A DNA stretch of 17,212 nt. It comes from a virus. The notes beneath the pieces were generated by a model. It did no database searches. It was not told the DNA's origin and was given only the letters and a program-made list of their open reading frames with translations. Position numbers and translations under genes: made by a program. Below, piece after piece: positions 15,194-17,212 of the stretch; position 1 is the first letter of the stretch; each line of letters starts with the position of its first letter. Location: the UHGV virus genome UHGV-0185805; one strand, written 5' to 3'.

Positions 15194-17212
15194 ATGACAG
15201 ACATTACAGCTAATGTTGTAGTGAGCATGCCTTCGCAACTCTTCACTATGGCTCGTTCTTTTAAAGCTGTAGCCAATGGCAAAATTTATATCGGTAAAAT
15301 TGACACTGACCCGGTAAATCCTGAAAACCAGATTCAGGTTTATGTGGAGAACGAAGACGGATCTCACGTTCCTGTTTCGCAACCAATCATCATTAACGCT
15401 GCTGGATATCCGGTATATAACGGACAGATTGCCAAATTCGTTACCGTGCAAGGCCATTCTATGGCTGTTTATGATGCATATGGTGCTAAGCAGTTCTATT
15501 TTCCGAATGTGCTGAAGTATGACCCTGATCAATTAAGAGAGGAATTATCTAGTAAAGGTGGTTTTAATTTAGTTGGTGAGTTGGGTGCTGTATCTGATTT
15601 TTATGGAATGGAATCTAATAATGGAGATAAGGTTTTACTAAAGTCATGGTATCGAGATGGAAGTGGTGGTGGTGGTATTTTTGAGTTTAATGACAGCATA
15701 ATAAGGTCGAAGCATGACGGAGGGTGTATAATATCACCATCAGTTCCATATATTGGAGATGCATATGTATCAGACTATGTAAACGGAGTTGGAGATGAAC
15801 ATCCATCATCAAACGGTTGTTGGGTTAGAAGAGACATCAAAGAAATCACAGGTGAAATGTATGGTATGCATGGAAATCCTGATGATAACTTGGACTTATC
15901 ACCAAATCTAAGGAAGGCCATTTCAGCCGCCGGAGTTCTTGGGCTTGGGGTCGTTTTACCAGGCAATATTATAAATTTAAAATCACCAGTATCAATACCA
16001 ATACACCAGAGAGAAGGTGGAAAAGTAGCTTATATAAGAGGTGTTGACGAAAAGTTATCAATAGTAAATATACTAGCTTCAGAAACTTCGCAGAATAATT
16101 TCGGGATTTATCTTGATGGCTCTCTTTCAGTATTTTCATCATTCCCCATAGAAAACCTCACTATCAGATCTGTAGATTCAAGTGCCAATAGATCTGACTG
16201 GTCAGGATTTGGATTAAATATAAACAAATGCATCAGGCTTTCAATGAGGAATGTTCTGATAGATGGCTTTGAGATTGGGTGTAAACTGAAAGATTCATTA
16301 TATCTTGAGTTTAACAATTGTAGATTTACTTATAACAAAACAGCAATACAAGGAAGACTTGGTGAAGTGTCAGGACCAAACTCAATAAGACTTTCACGCT
16401 GTGATTTTCAGTACAATGCTGAATTTTGTATCGAAAACCAACACGCACACGCTTGGAAAATTGACACTTGTACGTTTGAAGCAAATGGAGGGAAATCATA
16501 TTCCAACGGGACCCCAATTGCATTTAATTCGTGCGTACAGTTTGCGTTGATTGGTGGTGCAGGTCGTGTCGCAGCAACAATTGATAATTGCTATTTCGAA
16601 TCAAATACTGGTTCTGATGTGAGTTTTTACATAAACAGAAACTTAAATCAAATTATTAACATAAATAATTCAATATTTAACTATAATTTAGATTCCGTTA
16701 GCGCATCTAGAGTTATAGTACAGTCAAATCAATCAGATCTCAGTTCTGGTGTTCAATGTTATTTGAATATGATGGGAAATGGTTTTCTTAACACTGGTGC
16801 TTCTGCTGAATCTGCATTTAAAGAAGTGCAATTTGTCGTCCCTTCATCTTTTGGTGTTAGCCATCTTGTTTTTACAGACTTTGGCAACCAAAATTCAATG
16901 AAATCACCATATTCTGGATTGGAAAAAGTTCAGAGAAATAGCCAAGGGTTGGTATCTGCAAGAGCAAATATTTCATCTACAGGTGCTTATTCATTAGCTC
17001 AGAACATATCAAATGTATCTAGACTGCCATCAGGAACATATAAGATAGATTTTACATTTAACGTTTCAACACTCGTTCCAAATATTACATTGTTTGGAGG
17101 ATCTGGTAGATATTCAAGTTTCTCAAGGGATTCAGACTATTCAATTACGGTTAAGACATTTAATAATACAGGTGCCAATGTTGATTTGGATTTTATTATT
17201 ACAGTAATGTAA
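15194..17212 (+). CDS. Tailspike protein: P22 gp9-type N-terminal head-binding domain (~115 aa) fused to a divergent AT-rich beta-helix receptor-binding domain (672 aa total)
   Basis: [60 protein letters not shown]...[31 protein letters not shown] matches the P22 tailspike N-terminus as remembered; homology and GC content drop after about codon 115 (near 15540). The remainder is rich in N/S/G/I repeats typical of right-handed beta-helix polysaccharide-binding or depolymerase domains. Stop at 17210-17212. Confidence 0.85.
   Translation: MTDITANVVVSMPSQLFTMARSFKAVANGKIYIGKIDTDPVNPENQIQVYVENEDGSHVPVSQPIIINAAGYPVYNGQIAKFVTVQGHSMAVYDAYGAKQFYFPNVLKYDPDQLREELSSKGGFNLVGELGAVSDFYGMESNNGDKVLLKSWYRDGSGGGGIFEFNDSIIRSKHDGGCIISPSVPYIGDAYVSDYVNGVGDEHPSSNGCWVRRDIKEITGEMYGMHGNPDDNLDLSPNLRKAISAAGVLGLGVVLPGNIINLKSPVSIPIHQREGGKVAYIRGVDEKLSIVNILASETSQNNFGIYLDGSLSVFSSFPIENLTIRSVDSSANRSDWSGFGLNINKCIRLSMRNVLIDGFEIGCKLKDSLYLEFNNCRFTYNKTAIQGRLGEVSGPNSIRLSRCDFQYNAEFCIENQHAHAWKIDTCTFEANGGKSYSNGTPIAFNSCVQFALIGGAGRVAATIDNCYFESNTGSDVSFYINRNLNQIININNSIFNYNLDSVSASRVIVQSNQSDLSSGVQCYLNMMGNGFLNTGASAESAFKEVQFVVPSSFGVSHLVFTDFGNQNSMKSPYSGLEKVQRNSQGLVSARANISSTGAYSLAQNISNVSRLPSGTYKIDFTFNVSTLVPNITLFGGSGRYSSFSRDSDYSITVKTFNNTGANVDLDFIITVM

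Noticed and set aside
15134-16523. Minus-strand ORFs 15134-15532, 15775-15966, 16108-16317, 16326-16523
   Set aside because: Antisense to the tailspike gene; arise from AT-rich coding DNA and lack start-site signals.

Overview
The window covers the left junction and most of a defective, mosaic lambdoid prophage integrated at the lambda attachment site next to host ybhC (enterobacterial chromosome, E. coli-like). All calls rest on reading the six-frame ORFs and DNA motifs against remembered lambda and P22 sequences; no database search or alignment was run. Order, left to right: ybhC (minus, 1-1230); attL with the lambda core GCTTTTTTATACTAA; a lambda int fragment with the catalytic domain only; a leftward PL-type operon remnant (truncated N-like antiterminator, N-terminally truncated RecT-like recombinase, Gp157-like protein); lambda-type OL/PL; a lambda-like immunity region (cI ~98% identical to lambda, OR1-3, cro) in which rexAB is replaced by a KilA-N gene plus a frameshifted unknown ORF; a cII-like gene; a minus-strand block reading O-like initiator, DnaB-like helicase (C-terminally truncated) and lambda Q (N-terminal 159 aa only); a lambda R endolysin fragment; an Rz-like 5' part fused in frame to a probable P22 gp20-type ejection protein; a gp16-like ejection protein; an AT-rich leftward cassette (mnt, an unknown 193-aa ORF translationally coupled to mnt, a SieA-position membrane protein); the P22 immI module (Omnt/Oarc/Pant, arc, ant); and a tailspike with a P22-type head-binding domain joined to an AT-rich divergent receptor-binding domain. 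No holin, terminase, portal, coat or xis is present, so the element cannot excise or lyse. The best candidates for undescribed biology are the two lysogen-expressed cargo loci: the rexAB-position cassette (3838-4597) and the mnt-coupled cassette (12304-13597).
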